Origin: Octopus sinensis
Lineage: Eukaryota
Direction: 5' to 3'
NCBI RefSeq assembly: GCF_006345805.1
Contig: NC_043000.1
Location: 1,178,001-1,242,000 of the forward strand
DNA: 64,000 bases
The position numbers were made by a program, and so were the translations under genes. The notes under the pieces are model-generated. The model made no database searches. It saw only the letters and a program-made list of their open reading frames with translations, and was not told the DNA's origin. Below are positions 1-12,578 of this stretch, piece after piece (position 1 is the stretch's first letter; each line of letters opens with the position of its first letter).

Positions 1-145
1 TATCTTTATACTAAATTGTGTCGGACTTTGTCTTCGCATATACCTATATATCCTAACACACACACACATAGATATATGCACGCACAGGCACACATTTATA
101 CAGCCGTGAGGGAAATTGTATAGATGTATAGATGTATACATAAAA

Positions 146-458
146 GACCTCCTTCGGTCATGAATGATCATAGGATTATGCGTAGAAAGTTACCCTACGG
201 GGTACAAGTCCAGGCAAGGTTGTTTATAGACGATCAGCAGTTGCCTATGCATATCAGCCTCCCCTCTGCACGCCACCGATATTATCGAAAGGGAAGGTAA
301 AGGCCGATACGGCTTGGCACCGGTGACGTAGCAACTCCTTTCTACAGCTAAAAATAAAGTGTCTTGCTCAAGAACACAACGCACAGCCCGGTCCGGGAAT
401 CGAACTCATTACCTCATGATTGCGAGACCGATACTCTAACCACTGAGCCATGCACCTT
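146..458 (-). mobile_element. tRNA-derived SINE, D body + tail T3
   Basis: Minus strand reads tggctcagtggttagag (A box), gagttcgattccc (B box), then gttcttgagcaagacact. The tail is shared with 23039-23371 and 22295-22460. Confidence 0.85.
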
Positions 459-789
459 TCACAAATACATACACATGAAGGTTCTAAAGAATTAACGCAA
501 AAAGTCGACATAACTTTTCCATTAACTGACAGGTTGTTCAAACTGCACCTATCGATAGAATACCTCTTTCTACACATCGCTGGAAGGGGAGGTGAGTCGC
601 TGCAATCTCTAACGGTCGAGCGTCCAGCACTGATGTGATCAAGGAAGGTCGAAATCACGTGTTCTGGTGGTGGTCTCGGCGCAGGAATTGTTGGGGGATT
701 TATCTCCCTTCCAGTGATATAAACAAGTGTGCATTTTGCACGAAAAGCTATATGAAGGTTTTCTCTCAAGTAAAGTTTACCACAGTAAA

Positions 790-865
790 GTTTGTTCTCG
801 GAGAGTGAAACACATCAACATCGGTTGTCAAGCGGTGGTTGAAGACACGCACGCATACACAAACA

Positions 866-926
<61 letters not shown>

Positions 927-1077
927 CAGCCTTCTTTCCGTTTCCATCTACCAAATCTACTTTGGTCAGCCCGAGGCTATAGTAGTTAACACTCACCGAA
1001 AGTGCCACGCAGTGGGACTGAACCCGGAACCATGTGACTGAGAAGCAACCTTTTTACTACACAGCCACACCTGCGCC
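790..1077 (-). mobile_element. SINE family A, diverged partial copy with internal (CA)n
   Basis: Matches the family-A head (ggcgcagg.gtggctgtgt...ggttccgggttcagtcccactgcgtgg) and body seen in many copies in the window. Confidence 0.8.
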
Positions 1078-1359
1078 AAGTTGTTTTAGCATTTTAATGT
1101 ACAGCTTCCTGTTCAAGGTAATTTTTTTTTTTTAAAGTCAAGGGGAACAATGCCTTTTTCTATTTTGGGTTTATAGGGGTTTTTTTTTTATTTCATTCTT
1201 CACAAGCTCATAAAAGAGGTCTAGATTTCTTTGCTATCTTTATCAGAGGAATAAACTCACATACAGAAATCAACGGAGATAATGAGTCTCGTTAAAACGG
1301 ACTCTAGAATACCTAGTGATTCACTTTTGCTCTTTAGGTCTACTTCCTACGATCTCATC

Positions 1360-1520
1360 ACTTTTTCTAAATAGTATGGTTAAGAAGCTCTCTTGGCAAT
1401 CGCGTGGTTTCAAGTTCAGTCCCACTGTATGCCACCATGGGCAAGTGTCTTCTACTATAACTCCGAACCGACCAATACCTTGTGAATAAACTTGACAGAC
1501 GGAAACTATGTGGAAGCCTG

Positions 1521-1570
<50 letters not shown>
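1360..1570 (+). mobile_element. SINE family A, 5' half ending in (TG)n
   Basis: ggttt caagttcagtcccactg...ggcaagtgtcttctactata...gacggaaact, followed by a TG run. Confidence 0.75.
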
Positions 1571-1571
<1 letters not shown>

Positions 1572-1689
1572 GTACTTGTTCTCTTCTCTCCCCGCACTGC
1601 TTGACTTTGCCTTTCATCCGGGGACGGCTTTGTTTTTCATCCTTTCGATAAAACAAATACCAGCTGAGTGCTGGCTTTGTGCTAAAATT

Positions 1690-2370
1690 TGAAACTAATA
1701 TCTCACCGAGGTTTCTTCCTTCTGCAGTATTTGGTATATCATTCTCTAGATATTAATTTTCATTGTTCAACAGTTGATAAATTTCCTTTCATTGTTTCTA
1801 AAGAGCTTGATCTACCGAAACCTACAAACTTTTTCTTTATATTTAGCATTTTTGCCAGACTTTCCTTTAATTTTTGTCTTATCTCTTCTTCAACAGCCTC
1901 TTATCGTCTATGTACAAAGTTTTATTCTCTTTGAAGATCATCCCAATATCTTTCTTTCACCAAGTTCTTTGCAGTTATAACACTTATTCCTCTTAGATCG
2001 TTATGGATCTACTTAACTTAATTCTCCAGTCTTATTTTCCACGATGTGTCTTTGATTCTCTTTCTCTTCTTCTTCTCTCTGCTCCTTTCAACTCCAAGAA
2101 TTTACTACAACCACAGCGGCTACACAGTATATGAAATAATTTCTTCTGTTATATTTTCAACTTTGATTTTCACTAATAATTTAATTCAACATCTTTAAAG
2201 CTTTGACTAGCTTTTCACTTTCAAATCTTGATAATTTCGTTCAATTCCTACACCCTGTCCCACTGAAACGTTGAAGTAAGTTCCTTTCCTCTTCTATAAT
2301 ATTCCTTTCCCTCTATGAATTAAGACCTTGTTTCCACACTCATCACTACTTTTTTTTTTTTTTGCCTCCA
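1690..2370 (-). pseudogene. Degraded R4/Dong-like (RLE) LINE ORF, region N-terminal to RT
   Basis: Manual minus-strand translation gives broken motifs CVAAVVV, DTSWKIRLE, EEEIRQKL and LFRNNERKF, resembling R4/Dong YAAAxVV / PWWKRRLE / EELKQ / QNxLFxNN. Many stops and frameshifts. Confidence 0.55.
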
Positions 2371-2387
2371 GTTGATTCTCTTTACTC

Positions 2388-2795
2388 TTTTACTCTTTTA
2401 CTTGTTTCAGTCATTTGACTGCGGCCATGCTGGAGCACCGCCTTTTAATCGAGCAAACTCGACCCCGGGACTTATCCTTTTCTAAGCCCAGTACTTATTC
2501 TATCGGTCTATTTTGCCGAACCGCTAAGTAACGGGGACATAAACACACCAGCATCGGTTGTCAAGCAATGCTAGGGGGACAAACACAGACACACAAACAC
2601 ATACACGCATATATATATATATATATACATACATATATACGACGGGCTTCTTTCAGTTTCCGTCTACCAAATCCACTCACAAGGCATTGGTCGGCCCGGG
2701 GCTATAGTAGAAGACACTTGCCCAAGATGCCACACAGTGAGAATGAACCTGGAACCATGTGGTTGGTAAAAAAGCTACTTACCACACAGCCACTC
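2388..2795 (-). mobile_element. SINE family A, near full length
   Basis: Complete head, (TA)n centre and (aagagta)n tail; interrupts the LINE relic. Confidence 0.9.
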
Positions 2796-2978
2796 TATAA
2801 TTTCTAGTTCAATTTCCTCTTCTATTGACCCACATTCTTCATCTTCCACACAGAAGCGTTACCAGGTTCGAAAGTTAGTAGGAGCAAGCACATAAAAGAA
2901 AAAGAAAAAGGCGCCGTAACACTTACCAAACAATTTTTAACTCATTTCTTTTATATTACGCGAAATATTTTATTAGCT

Positions 2979-3492
2979 ACTAGCAGTATCGCCCGGCGTT
3001 GCTCGGGTTTGTAAGGGAAATAACTATATAAGCATTTTTAGAGAGTTACTTCCCTTATAGATGCCAATTCGGGCTTTCTTAGCCATTTCTGTTTTGGTGT
3101 CTTCAAGCCATGAAGTCGTTGTTCTAAAAGAACGCTGGTCTCCTTGACAACGCTTTACGACGTTGATTTCCTTACACTCCCTTCCTCACAGCTTCACGAG
3201 GGAGGGAAGAAGGGGAGAAGCAAACAGGTGCAGGTGTGACCATGGACGCCAACTCCGGGGCCATCGACACACGAAAAATTATGCATTAAAATGGAATAAA
3301 AAATGATGTTAAATTATTTTTAAAATCGTAGACTCATCGTAGACGCGCGCTAATACTCAGACGGGCTCGATATGAATCCCGACTATAAGATACCCGAATT
3401 TGGTTAAACTGCACCGCAAAATGTGGGAGTAGTTAGGAATCTAAATCGAAGGGGACAGACACTCACACAACTACAGTTTTATATATATAGAT
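2979..3492 (+). mobile_element. Non-autonomous Helitron/Helentron-type element (HINE-like), subfamily 1
   Basis: Starts actagcagtatcgcccggcgttgctcggg (hairpin) and ends ttttatatatatagat. Nearly identical to 49884-50399. Confidence 0.8.
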
Positions 3493-3825
3493 ACGTAATT
3501 GCTCCTCATTAGCTATGCTTCTGCTTCCACTACTCTGACAATTTCTTCCAGTAACAACTGTGATAGCTATTGTTGTCTCACTAATTCTGTTTGTTTTTTT
3601 TATCTATCTAGAGGTCTTTTGTTCTGTAACAGAACAAAATTCTGTTTTTATTTTCGGCTTTTATTTTCTGTATTCTATTTTGTCAAGCTCGCTCCTCTGA
3701 TAAATACGACAACAATTTTGTTGTCACTTTGAGGTAGACCATCTGATCGTTACAGCAGTGATTGAATAACGACCAGGCATACTATGTTGTACAGTGGAGC
3801 ACTTTGCCATGCGAAAGGCCTTCAC

Positions 3826-4062
3826 CGAAAAATCCAGTCTTTTTTCTTTATTGCCCACAAGGGTCTACACGCAGAGGGGACAAACAAGGACAGACAAACG
3901 GATTAAGTCGATTACATCGACCCCAGTGCGTAATTGGTACTTAATTTATCGACCCCGAAAGGATGAAAGGCAAAGTCGACCTCGGCAGGATTTGAACCCA
4001 GAACGTAACGGCAGACGAAATACAGCTACGCATTTCACCCGGCGTGCTAACGTTTTATGCCA
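3826..4062 (-). mobile_element. SINE family B monomer
   Basis: Minus strand has a gagctggc...gttagcacgccggg head, a B box and the core gactttgcctttcatcctttcggggtcgataaa. Confidence 0.9.
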
Positions 4063-4096
4063 GCTCCCCAGTTTTATTAATGTTGACAATATGTTA

Positions 4097-4615
4097 TTAC
4101 ATGGAAAAATGCGAACAAGAAAAATCATATTCTTAAGATTATAAACCTGGAAAAGTACAGGACAAGTTATTACACCTGTAAAAGTATAGGACAAACTATT
4201 AGTTCCAGTAAAGTAAAGAATAAGAAACTTTTTACTTAAAATATTTCAGCAAAGAATGCCAGTTCTTCTAATTTATCACTCTTTACAGTTCTCATCGTTT
4301 AAATTTATTGTACAAAACTGTTCAGCTAATTTATAAGTTTGTCTAATTAGTCACGTTTTTCTGTATTTAAGATAGTAAATTAGCCAAATTCTACTTAAAT
4401 AAGTATAGTGTTATTTGTAAACTATAATAAAATAAGTTTTAATATTCAAATTTTAATTTTAGCTGCAATATTTTAAGTAAAAAGTTTCTTATTCTTTACT
4501 TTACTAGAACTAATAGTTTGTCCTATACTTTTACAGGTGTAATAACTTGTCCTGTACTTTTCCAGGTTTATAATCTTAAGAATATTACTTTTCATGCTCG
4601 TATTTTTCCACGTAA
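4097..4615. mobile_element. Foldback/MITE-like element with ~150-bp inverted arms
   Basis: atattcttaagattataaacctggaaaagtacaggacaag... is mirrored almost perfectly by ...cttgtcctgtacttttccaggtttataatcttaagaatat. Confidence 0.8.
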
Positions 4616-4858
4616 TCCATTATTTTCCCAGGCATTGCTGTTATAAGATAATTAATAATGTGTCAATTAATAATTTTTCCATCTAAGTGATGATAATATT
4701 TCAATTTTTTGCATGTTTAATTTAAATATATGTTGTGATTGAATTATTTAATATTACCCATCCACACCAAATTAATGGCAGGGATTTTTACCATGTTGTT
4801 GGTTGCACCATGGCTACCGTGGTTGAATGATATGTTGAAAAATACATTTTTATCTAAC

Positions 4859-5243
4859 ACTAGCAGTATCGCCCGGCGTTGCTCGGGTTTGTAAGGGAAA
4901 TAACTATAAAGCATTTTTAGAGAGTTATAGCCAAAAAATAGCAAAAAAATGGGAAAAAAATTATGGTAAATTTTTTTTGAGAGTTAAAAAGGTCGAGTTG
5001 CGTCCCCTAGACAGTCTGTGGTTTGTGTTTCTGATTCTCGACCCCATGTCGAATTTATCGATTTTTTCAGAACTGGGGGAACTTTTCAAAATTTTCGCTG
5101 CGTTAGTTTTGAATTATGACATTGGGCTATGTGTGTGTCAAATTTCATCAGAATCGGTTGAAAGCCGTGGTCAGGGTGAGGGTACCACCTGACAGACACA
5201 CAGACACGCAGACAGACAAACTGCCGTTTATATAGAGAGAGAT
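4859..5243 (+). mobile_element. HINE-like element, subfamily 2
   Basis: Same actagc...cccggcgttgctcggg start; aaatttcatcagaatcggtt motif; (GACA)n; ends tatatagagagagat. Near identical to 24620-25005. Confidence 0.8.
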
Positions 5244-5619
5244 TACACTCATAAAGATGCCTGTGGTGATAACGAGACTTAGCCACTTCTTTTTCTTTTT
5301 TATCGAAATACCAGCCAAGTCCTAAGAGGCCCTTTTGTCAAATCGGTATTTCACTGCCTCAAGGTATCATCATCATCATCATTATTATTAAAGGCGTTGA
5401 GCTGGAAAAATCGTTAGCACGCCGGACAAAATGCGTACTTGTATTTCGTCCGGCTCTTTGCCTTCTGAACTCTAATCCCAGAGGTCAACTTTGCTTTTCA
5501 TTGTTTTGGGGTGGTCAGCTTTACCTTCCATTATTTTGGGGTATCAGTCAGACACTAGGATCGAACCTATGTTATCGACTAAACCCCTCCACTAAAAATT
5601 CCTGGCCTTGTTCCAAAAT

Positions 5620-6240
5620 TAAACAGAGTTATTAATTACTAAAACTATTACTATATTAGTTAGTAGGGAAGTTGTTTTGAGGTTTGGTAACAACAAGTCT
5701 CCTCAAATCTCAAGAATCTTTCTTAAGTTTCTTGTAGAATGCAGGATTGCACTTTTCTGCAGGTCGACAATGCATGTTCCAATTTGAATGTCCTCAAGTC
5801 TCTTGTGTAGCAGTTTGGATGTTGTGCCAAGTGCACCAATTACCTCCGGGATAATCACCGTCCTTATCTTCCACAATCTCTTCATCCCTCTGCTTACGTC
5901 CTGATATTTTTTTAATTTGCTTGATATCCACTTTATATTATTGCAAACATTATGATCGTACACGTTTTTTTTAAAATTATTTCTGGTCCATTTTTCATAT
6001 GAGGTCTTGCTTTAATAGAATTTTCAGTTCTTACGGAGAAGTCTCATAAAATCTTTTAACGATTGTTCTTCATCACAGCTTCTGGTTTGTGTTCCTACTA
6101 ATTTTCTACTGCTTTGGATCCACACACTAGACTAATATCACCATTCACTCTTTACAGATACAGTCATGCTTACGTTTATACTCTTTTTGTGCTAGCTTAC
6201 CATATTCACTCAAAAGAAGTATTATTGATAATATCATATT
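5620..6240 (-). pseudogene. R4/Dong-like LINE 3' end (zinc knuckle + restriction-like endonuclease region)
   Basis: KLAQKEYKRKHD and VIIPEVIGALGTTSKLLHKRLEDIQIGTCIVDLQKSAILHSTRNLRKILE are typical RLE-LINE C-terminal motifs, followed by a TAA-rich tail. Confidence 0.8.
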
Positions 6241-7195
6241 TTTGAATTCTTATTATTACCAAGGTAGACACAGTCAGTTTGTGATACATTATGCATGTTT
6301 AAAAGAGCAATATCTACAGCTATTATATGTATCTGTATAGATTATATTGAAATATGGCTTGAGAGTTTATTGTGTGGGTCAGCTCAATAAATTTGGCCAG
6401 TACTCTCTGTTTTACAGTGGGCCGCGTTATATAGGGCGATGACAGGTATTTTCCCTGTCGGAATAATTTCCCATTTATTTCTTCAAATAGATGAGGGAGC
6501 AGAAAGATCTATGCTTGGGTAAGTTGGAGAACAACATGTTCTGTGCGACTGAATAGAATACAATCATTTTTTTTTCCTCTTCATACATTTATATATCATT
6601 CTCAAAATTGCTTTCTGTAAATTGTACTTTAACAAAAGCAGTTAGTGAGGAAACTTATGTTACTGCGGTATAAACTTTCCTTGTATTACGAATGAATCTA
6701 TTTTAACAAAGCAGAGCTGACAGACTCTCTAACATCCCGGACAAAATGTTTAGCTGCATTTCTTCGATTTTACATTCTGAGTTCAAATTCCACCATGGTT
6801 GACTTTGTCGATAAAATAAAGTACCAGTCAAGCATTGGGGTCGATATAATCGACAAGCCTCTTTCCCAAAATTGCTGTCCTTGTGCCAATAATCTTTTCT
6901 ACTAGGCTGATTCTACTATTTTCTGCTATTTTCTTAAAATTTAGCCATGTACTAAGCTGGTACTTATTTTACAGACAACGCCGGGAAAGAACGTCGACAT
7001 CGCCAACGGCAGGGTTTGAACTCCGAACACAAAGAAACATGACTAAAATATTTGATTTATTCCACATTTTCTTTCCTTAAGAACAATCCTTTACTAATTG
7101 CCTTCTCTTTTATTTCTTTACTTACGAAAGAAATCACACATCAAAGCATTTCATTGAAATCTTCCTTAACATCAAGGAAATCAAAAACTTTAAAC

Positions 7196-7500
7196 CAGTA
7201 GTTCCCAAGCTTTTTCAGGTTGCCGCCCCCTTGGCGCCCAGGCCACATTCCTAGCGCCCCTCCCCATCACCCCTTCCCCTCCCTATCACAAATATAGATC
7301 ACTTTCTACAGCAAGGTTAACACAACTGTATTTCACAAATAAAACTTAAACCTAATTAACTTGTTAATATAAATATATTTTTTTACATCTATCACCCCAT
7401 TTTGGCCACCCCATTACCATCCCACTTTTCTTCAACGCTCCCCCACCGGATCTTTCCACCGCCCCCAAGGGGGAATTACTGACTACTTTGAGAATCACTG
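7196..7500. mobile_element. hAT-family MITE
   Basis: TIRs cagtagttcccaa / ttgagaatcactg; exact 8-bp TSD CTTTAAAC at 7188-7195 and 7501-7508. Confidence 0.85.
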
Positions 7501-7583
7501 CTTTAAACCATTCCACGCACACACACACGCACATAGACATACGTATGTATACTCATGCACACGGTTAATCATCACCATCATAT

Positions 7584-8435
7584 TGATACGAGGTCAGTTG
7601 AGAAAAAAAAGTGCTATGACCCACTTTTGTTGGTTTGTAGTCGGAGAGTCTGGAAAAAAGTTATTGCGCTTTGTTCTGTCATTTTCTGGAGAAATTAATG
7701 GGTTTGGAAGAGACCTCTGACCCTTTTCCGGTCAAGCAGAGTTTAAGAAACCACCCTTTAAAATGCGACGAGCTGAGTTTGTTGATCAGTTGGCGAGTGT
7801 GAGTTGGCCTGGGTTAGTCAGTTCTGCCTGAGACAGCAAAAGGGCCGGAAAAGAGTCAATTGGCAAAAGACAGCAGTCGATACGGACGGTCAGCCAAGAA
7901 GGTGGTGATGGCGAGAGGCAACGACAACGTTGAGAAAGACAGACAGTGAATGTGAGAGATGACAAGCGAAAGGTAGAGAAGAGGATGACAAGCGTGGCGA
8001 GAAAGACAGGCAGACAGCATTGGGGACATGTAGAGCGAAAGTGAGGGATTACGGCGAAAAGGCACGGCTATTTTAGTAGGAGTTTCTAACGGTATGTTTT
8101 GTTTATGTTTTTGATATGAAATGTAAAAGAAACGAGATTGTGACGTAAATTGTAATCTGTTGTAAAGAACTAAAAAAAAGAACTGTGAATTGAGGAAAAG
8201 AGGAAGAAAAGAATTGTTGAAGAGAAAAAGAATTGTGTCAAAAAAGAAAGAAAGAGAAAGACTTTAATGTTGAACTGTTTCGAACTGTATTGCGCTGAAC
8301 ATTTGTTTTGATTGTTTTCGGACGTTCTGTATCGTGCATGCTTTGATTGTTTTCGTTCGACTGAGCCTGGTCAATCGTCGTCGCTCGACTTAGTAGGGTC
8401 CCGGGTTCGAGTTGAGCGACGGCAGGTTCGTAACA
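7584..8435. mobile_element. Probable solo LTR (Gypsy-like)
   Basis: TG...CA ends with inverted termini tgatacga / tcgtaaca; 4-bp flanking duplication ATAT; no internal ORF. Confidence 0.6.
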
Positions 8436-8867
8436 ATATATATATATATATATATCTTTATTGATACACTTGCTTCCAAACCCGCTCACACACACGCACA
8501 CACATACCAATGCAAAACAGCCACACACATACCTTAGACATACACATACACAAACGCGTACACACAAAGATACCAAACAACCACACACACGCACACACAT
8601 CGTTTAATTTGATTCGCTAACGTTTCTGTTAAGTAACTAATAACTATAATAGCAACAACAACAACAATAACCATCAAACGAATTATGATTTCAAATTTTG
8701 ACTCAAGGCCAGCACTTCTAGGGGTGGGTGAGATTAGTAGTTAACATCGACTCCAGTACTTACTGGACCTTTCTTTTATCGATCTCGATGAGTGAAAGTT
8801 AAAGTCGACCTCGGCGGGATTTGAACTCAGAATGTAAAGAGCCGGAAGAAATGTTGGTAACAACAAT

Positions 8868-10677
8868 AACAAGAGCATTCAGAAAGTGCAAACCTCCGCC
8901 AGGGCAACACCAATATCCTCTCATCGATTAGCCGGAGGGGATTTTTAGAATGAGAATATCTGAAATAAACTCGACTGCTCTTACAAACGAAAGTACTAAA
9001 AATGAACCAACCTGACAGCTCTCAAAAATCAAGTCAAAAACAAGGAAAATATTTCAGATTCTTTGTCCGGTATCGGATCAATCTCAAAATCTAATCAGTT
9101 CGTGCCAGTTACGAGGCCAAACATCCCTGAAAGTTTCATCCGAATCCATCCAGCGGTTCTTGAGATATCTTGTCCACGGACAATCCAGAATCCTTCTCCG
9201 GTCCCGGATCGATCCCAAAATCTAATCAGTTCGTGCCAGTTACGAGGCCAAACATCCCTGAAAGTTTCATCCGAATCCATCCAGCGGTTCTTGAGATATC
9301 TTGTCCACGGACAATCCAGAATCCTTCTCCGGTCCCGGATCAATCTCAAAATCTAATCAGTTCGTGCCAGTCACGAGGCCAAACATCCCTGAAAGTTTCA
9401 TCCGAATCCATCCAGCGGTTCTTGAGATATCTTGTCCACGGACAATCCAGAATCCTTCTCCGGTCCCGGATCGATCCCCAAATCTAATCAGTTCGTGCCA
9501 GTTACGAGGCCAAACATCCCTGAAAGTTTCATCCGAATCCATCCAGCGGTTCTTGAGATATCTTGTCCACGCGGACAATCCAGAACTCCGTCCCGGTCCC
9601 GGATCGATCCCCAAATCTAATCAGTTCGTGCCAGTTACGAGGCCAAACATCCCTGAAAGTTTCATCCGAATCCATCCAGCGGTTCTTGAGATATCTTGTC
9701 CATGGACAATCCAGAATCCTTCTCCGGTCCCGGATCGATCCCCAAATCTAATCAGTTCGTGCCAGTCACGAGGCAAAAATCCCTGAAAGTTTCATCCGAA
9801 TCCATCCAGCGGTTCTTGAGATATCTTGTCACGGACAATCCAGAATCCTTCTCCGGTCACGGATCGATCCCAAAATCTAATCAGTTCGGCCAGTTACGAG
9901 GCCAAACATCCCTGAAAGTTCATCCGAATCCATCCAGCGTTCTTGAGATATCTTGTCCACGGACAATCCAGAATCCTTCTCCGGTCCCGGATAGATCCCA
10001 AAATCTAATCAGTTCGTGCCAGTTACGAGGCCAAACATCCCTGAAAGTTTCATCCGAATCCATCCAGCGGTTCTTGAATATCTTGTCCACGGACAATCCA
10101 GAATCCTTTCCTCGGTCCCGGATCGATCCCCAAAATCTAATCAGTTCGTGCCAGTCACGAGGCCAAACATCCCTGAAAGTTTCATCCGAATCATCCAGCG
10201 GTTCTGAGATATCTTGTCCACGGACAATCCAGAATCCTTCTCCGGTCCCGGATCGATCCCCAAATCTAATCAGTTCGTGCCAGTTACGAGGCCAAACATC
10301 CCTGAAAGTTTCATCCGAATCCATCCAGCGGTTCTTGAGATATCTTGTCCACGGACAATCCAGAATCCTTCTCCGGTCCCGGATCGATCCCAAAATCTAA
10401 TCAGTTCGTGCCAGTTACGAGGCCAAACATCCCTGAAAGTTTCATCCGAATCCATCCAGCGGTTCTTGAGATATCTTGTCCACGGACAATCCAGAATCCT
10501 TCTCCGGTCCCGGATCGATCCCAAAATCTAATCAGTTCGAGCCAGTTACGAGGCCAAACATCCCTGAAAGTTTCATCCGAATCCATCCAGCGGTTCTTGA
10601 GATATCTTGTCCACGGACAAACAAACAAACAAACACGACTGAAAACAATGCCTCCGCCTTCGCTAATGCGGGGGTAA
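8868..10677 (+). mobile_element. Helentron/HINE-type element with internally expanded tandem array
   Basis: 5' aacaagagc...cctccgcc sub-terminal motif; 3' hairpin cctccgccttcgctaatgcggggg; homologous to the single-unit copy at 54387-55245. Confidence 0.75.
9050..10620 (+). repeat. 131-bp tandem array, ~12 copies
   Basis: ggacaatccagaatcc recurs at about 9178, 9309, 9440, 9573, 9704, 9833, 9961, 10090, 10221, 10352 and 10483. Confidence 0.95.
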
Positions 10678-10962
10678 TAATAATAATAATCCTATCAACT
10701 ATTAGGTATAAGGTCTGAAATTTGGGGGAAGGGGATGTCGATTGCCTCGACCCCAGTACACAACTGATACTTATTTCATCGAGCCCGAACGAATGAAATG
10801 CAAAATCGACCTCGGCGGAATAACAACAGTGATAATTCTTTCTGAAATTTTGTGGTGAGGTGCTAGTCGATTATTTCGACCCTAGTACTCGACTGGTACG
10901 TAATTTTATCGACGCCGAAAGAATAAAAGGCAAAGTTGTCCTCGGCAGGATTTGAACTCAGA

Positions 10963-11380
10963 AGGCGGCGAGCTGGCAGAAACGTTAGCACGCCGGGCGA
11001 AATGCGTAGCCGTATTTTGTCTGCCGTTACGTTCTATGTTCAAATTCCGCCGAGGTCGACTTTGCCTTTCATCCTTTCGGGGTCGATAAATTAAATACCA
11101 GTTACACACTGGGGTCGATGTAATCGACTTTATCCATTTGTCTGTCTTTGTTTGTCCTCTCTGTGTTTAGTCTCTTGTGGGTAGTAAAGAAATAGGTATT
11201 TCGTCTGCCGCTACGTTCTGAGTTCAAATTCCGCCGAGGTCGACTTTGCCTTTCATCCTTTCGGGGTCGATAAATTAAATACCAGTTACACACTGGGGTC
11301 GATGTAATCGACTTAATCCGTTTGTCTGTCCTTGTTCGTCCCCTCTGTGTTTAGCCCCTTGTGGGTAGTAAAGAAATAGG
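10963..11380 (+). mobile_element. SINE B: head + 2 tandem body units
   Basis: Head ggcggcgagctggcagaaacgttagc; second unit begins at the junction aagaaataggtatttcgtctgcc (~11196). Confidence 0.9.
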
Positions 11381-12185
11381 ATTTGAACTCAGAACGTAAG
11401 GGTCCGGAGAAAATGCTTCAAAGCATTTTGCCGCTGATGTTTTAATAAACAAAATATTACAAAAATTATTTAAAATCCTGAATAATATACCTTTTTTTGT
11501 ACTATTCTATTTTCTGCAAGCTTTACATATATTTCACTTTTTGAATTATTAATTTTAGCTATTTGCCAGATACATGTGTGTGTGTATGTGTGTGTATGAG
11601 TGCGCGCGCGCGTAGGAGTTAAGCGTGAGCGTATGAATGGTGTGTGCATGTTATGTCACAGGTTATACGCGCGCGCGTGTGTGAAATGGTTTAAGGGTGT
11701 TCGTTGATTTTTTTTTTTTTGTATATATATTAAAGAAGGTTTCGATGAAATTCTGTTATTTCATTGACAAAGTTCGATTCAAAATTATTAATGAAAAGGA
11801 GGAAAAGAAATAAAAAAGATGATTTGGCAAATGACTGCTTAAAGAAAAAGAAAGGTGGAATAATTTCATTCAGCCATGTTTAATCTATCACTCTCATCTA
11901 AGTTTCACTCACAGGACGTTGACCCCGACCAATGGAATGGCTGACAGCGCAGACAAAAGCAGCTGAAGCTTGCAAGTACAAACCATGAATCTGCAGCCGA
12001 TCTGTACGTGTTCAACAAGTCACATTTCTATGATCTCATCGACACGTAATGAATGGAGATTATTGTTCTTTCCACATATGAAGCAAACTCAATTATCTGT
12101 CCCACTATAATGTCATTCTTATTACAAACTGTGACTACTCTTTCTAGCAAAATGGCAAGCCTCTAAGTTGATATGTTTATCCATT

Positions 12186-12578
12186 ACTAGCAGTAACGCC
12201 CGGCGTTGCTCGGGTTTGTTTCGACCCTTCAGAATTGAAATTTTTGAAAAGTAAAAATTTTTCCATTATGTAGTTTGTTATTCTCTTTAAGTGAGCATTT
12301 TTCTGGTTGAAATACACCGAAAAAATGGCAACACAGCAGTCAAAAAATCGTAAAAAATAGGGATTTTCATAGAAAAAAAGCACCTTTTTGATGTAAATAA
12401 TTTTTGGTCTTAACATGGTCCGATTTGAATTTTTCTTCTACGGAAGGAAGAGCAAGCCTTCTTCAATCATACTCTCAATTTTGGTCAACTTGCGCCGCAG
12501 GGTCTCGGAGGAGATAGTGTTAGTTGAAGGCTACCAAACCTGTCACACACAGACAACTTCAGCTTTAAATATAGAGAT
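12186..12578 (+). mobile_element. HINE-like element, subfamily 3
   Basis: Starts actagcagtaacgcccggcgttgctcggg and ends gctttaaatatagagat; different interior from the other subfamilies. Confidence 0.75.

Noticed and set aside
9050-10620. CRISPR-like or retrozyme-like reading of the 131-bp array
   Set aside because: There are no unique spacers or cas genes and the context is eukaryotic. The only core-like text (ctgatta) has no correctly spaced stem II/GAAA, so I do not call a hammerhead.
9063-10718. Many overlapping 60-234 aa ORFs with repeated peptides
   Set aside because: They are translations of the 131-bp tandem unit; the frame rotates each unit and no domain is recognisable.
11910-12050. 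Possible exon (minus-strand hydrophobic peptide ending at gtgagt; plus-strand alternatives)
   Set aside because: Splice sites are plausible on both strands, no homology is recognisable, and it cannot be linked to other exons.
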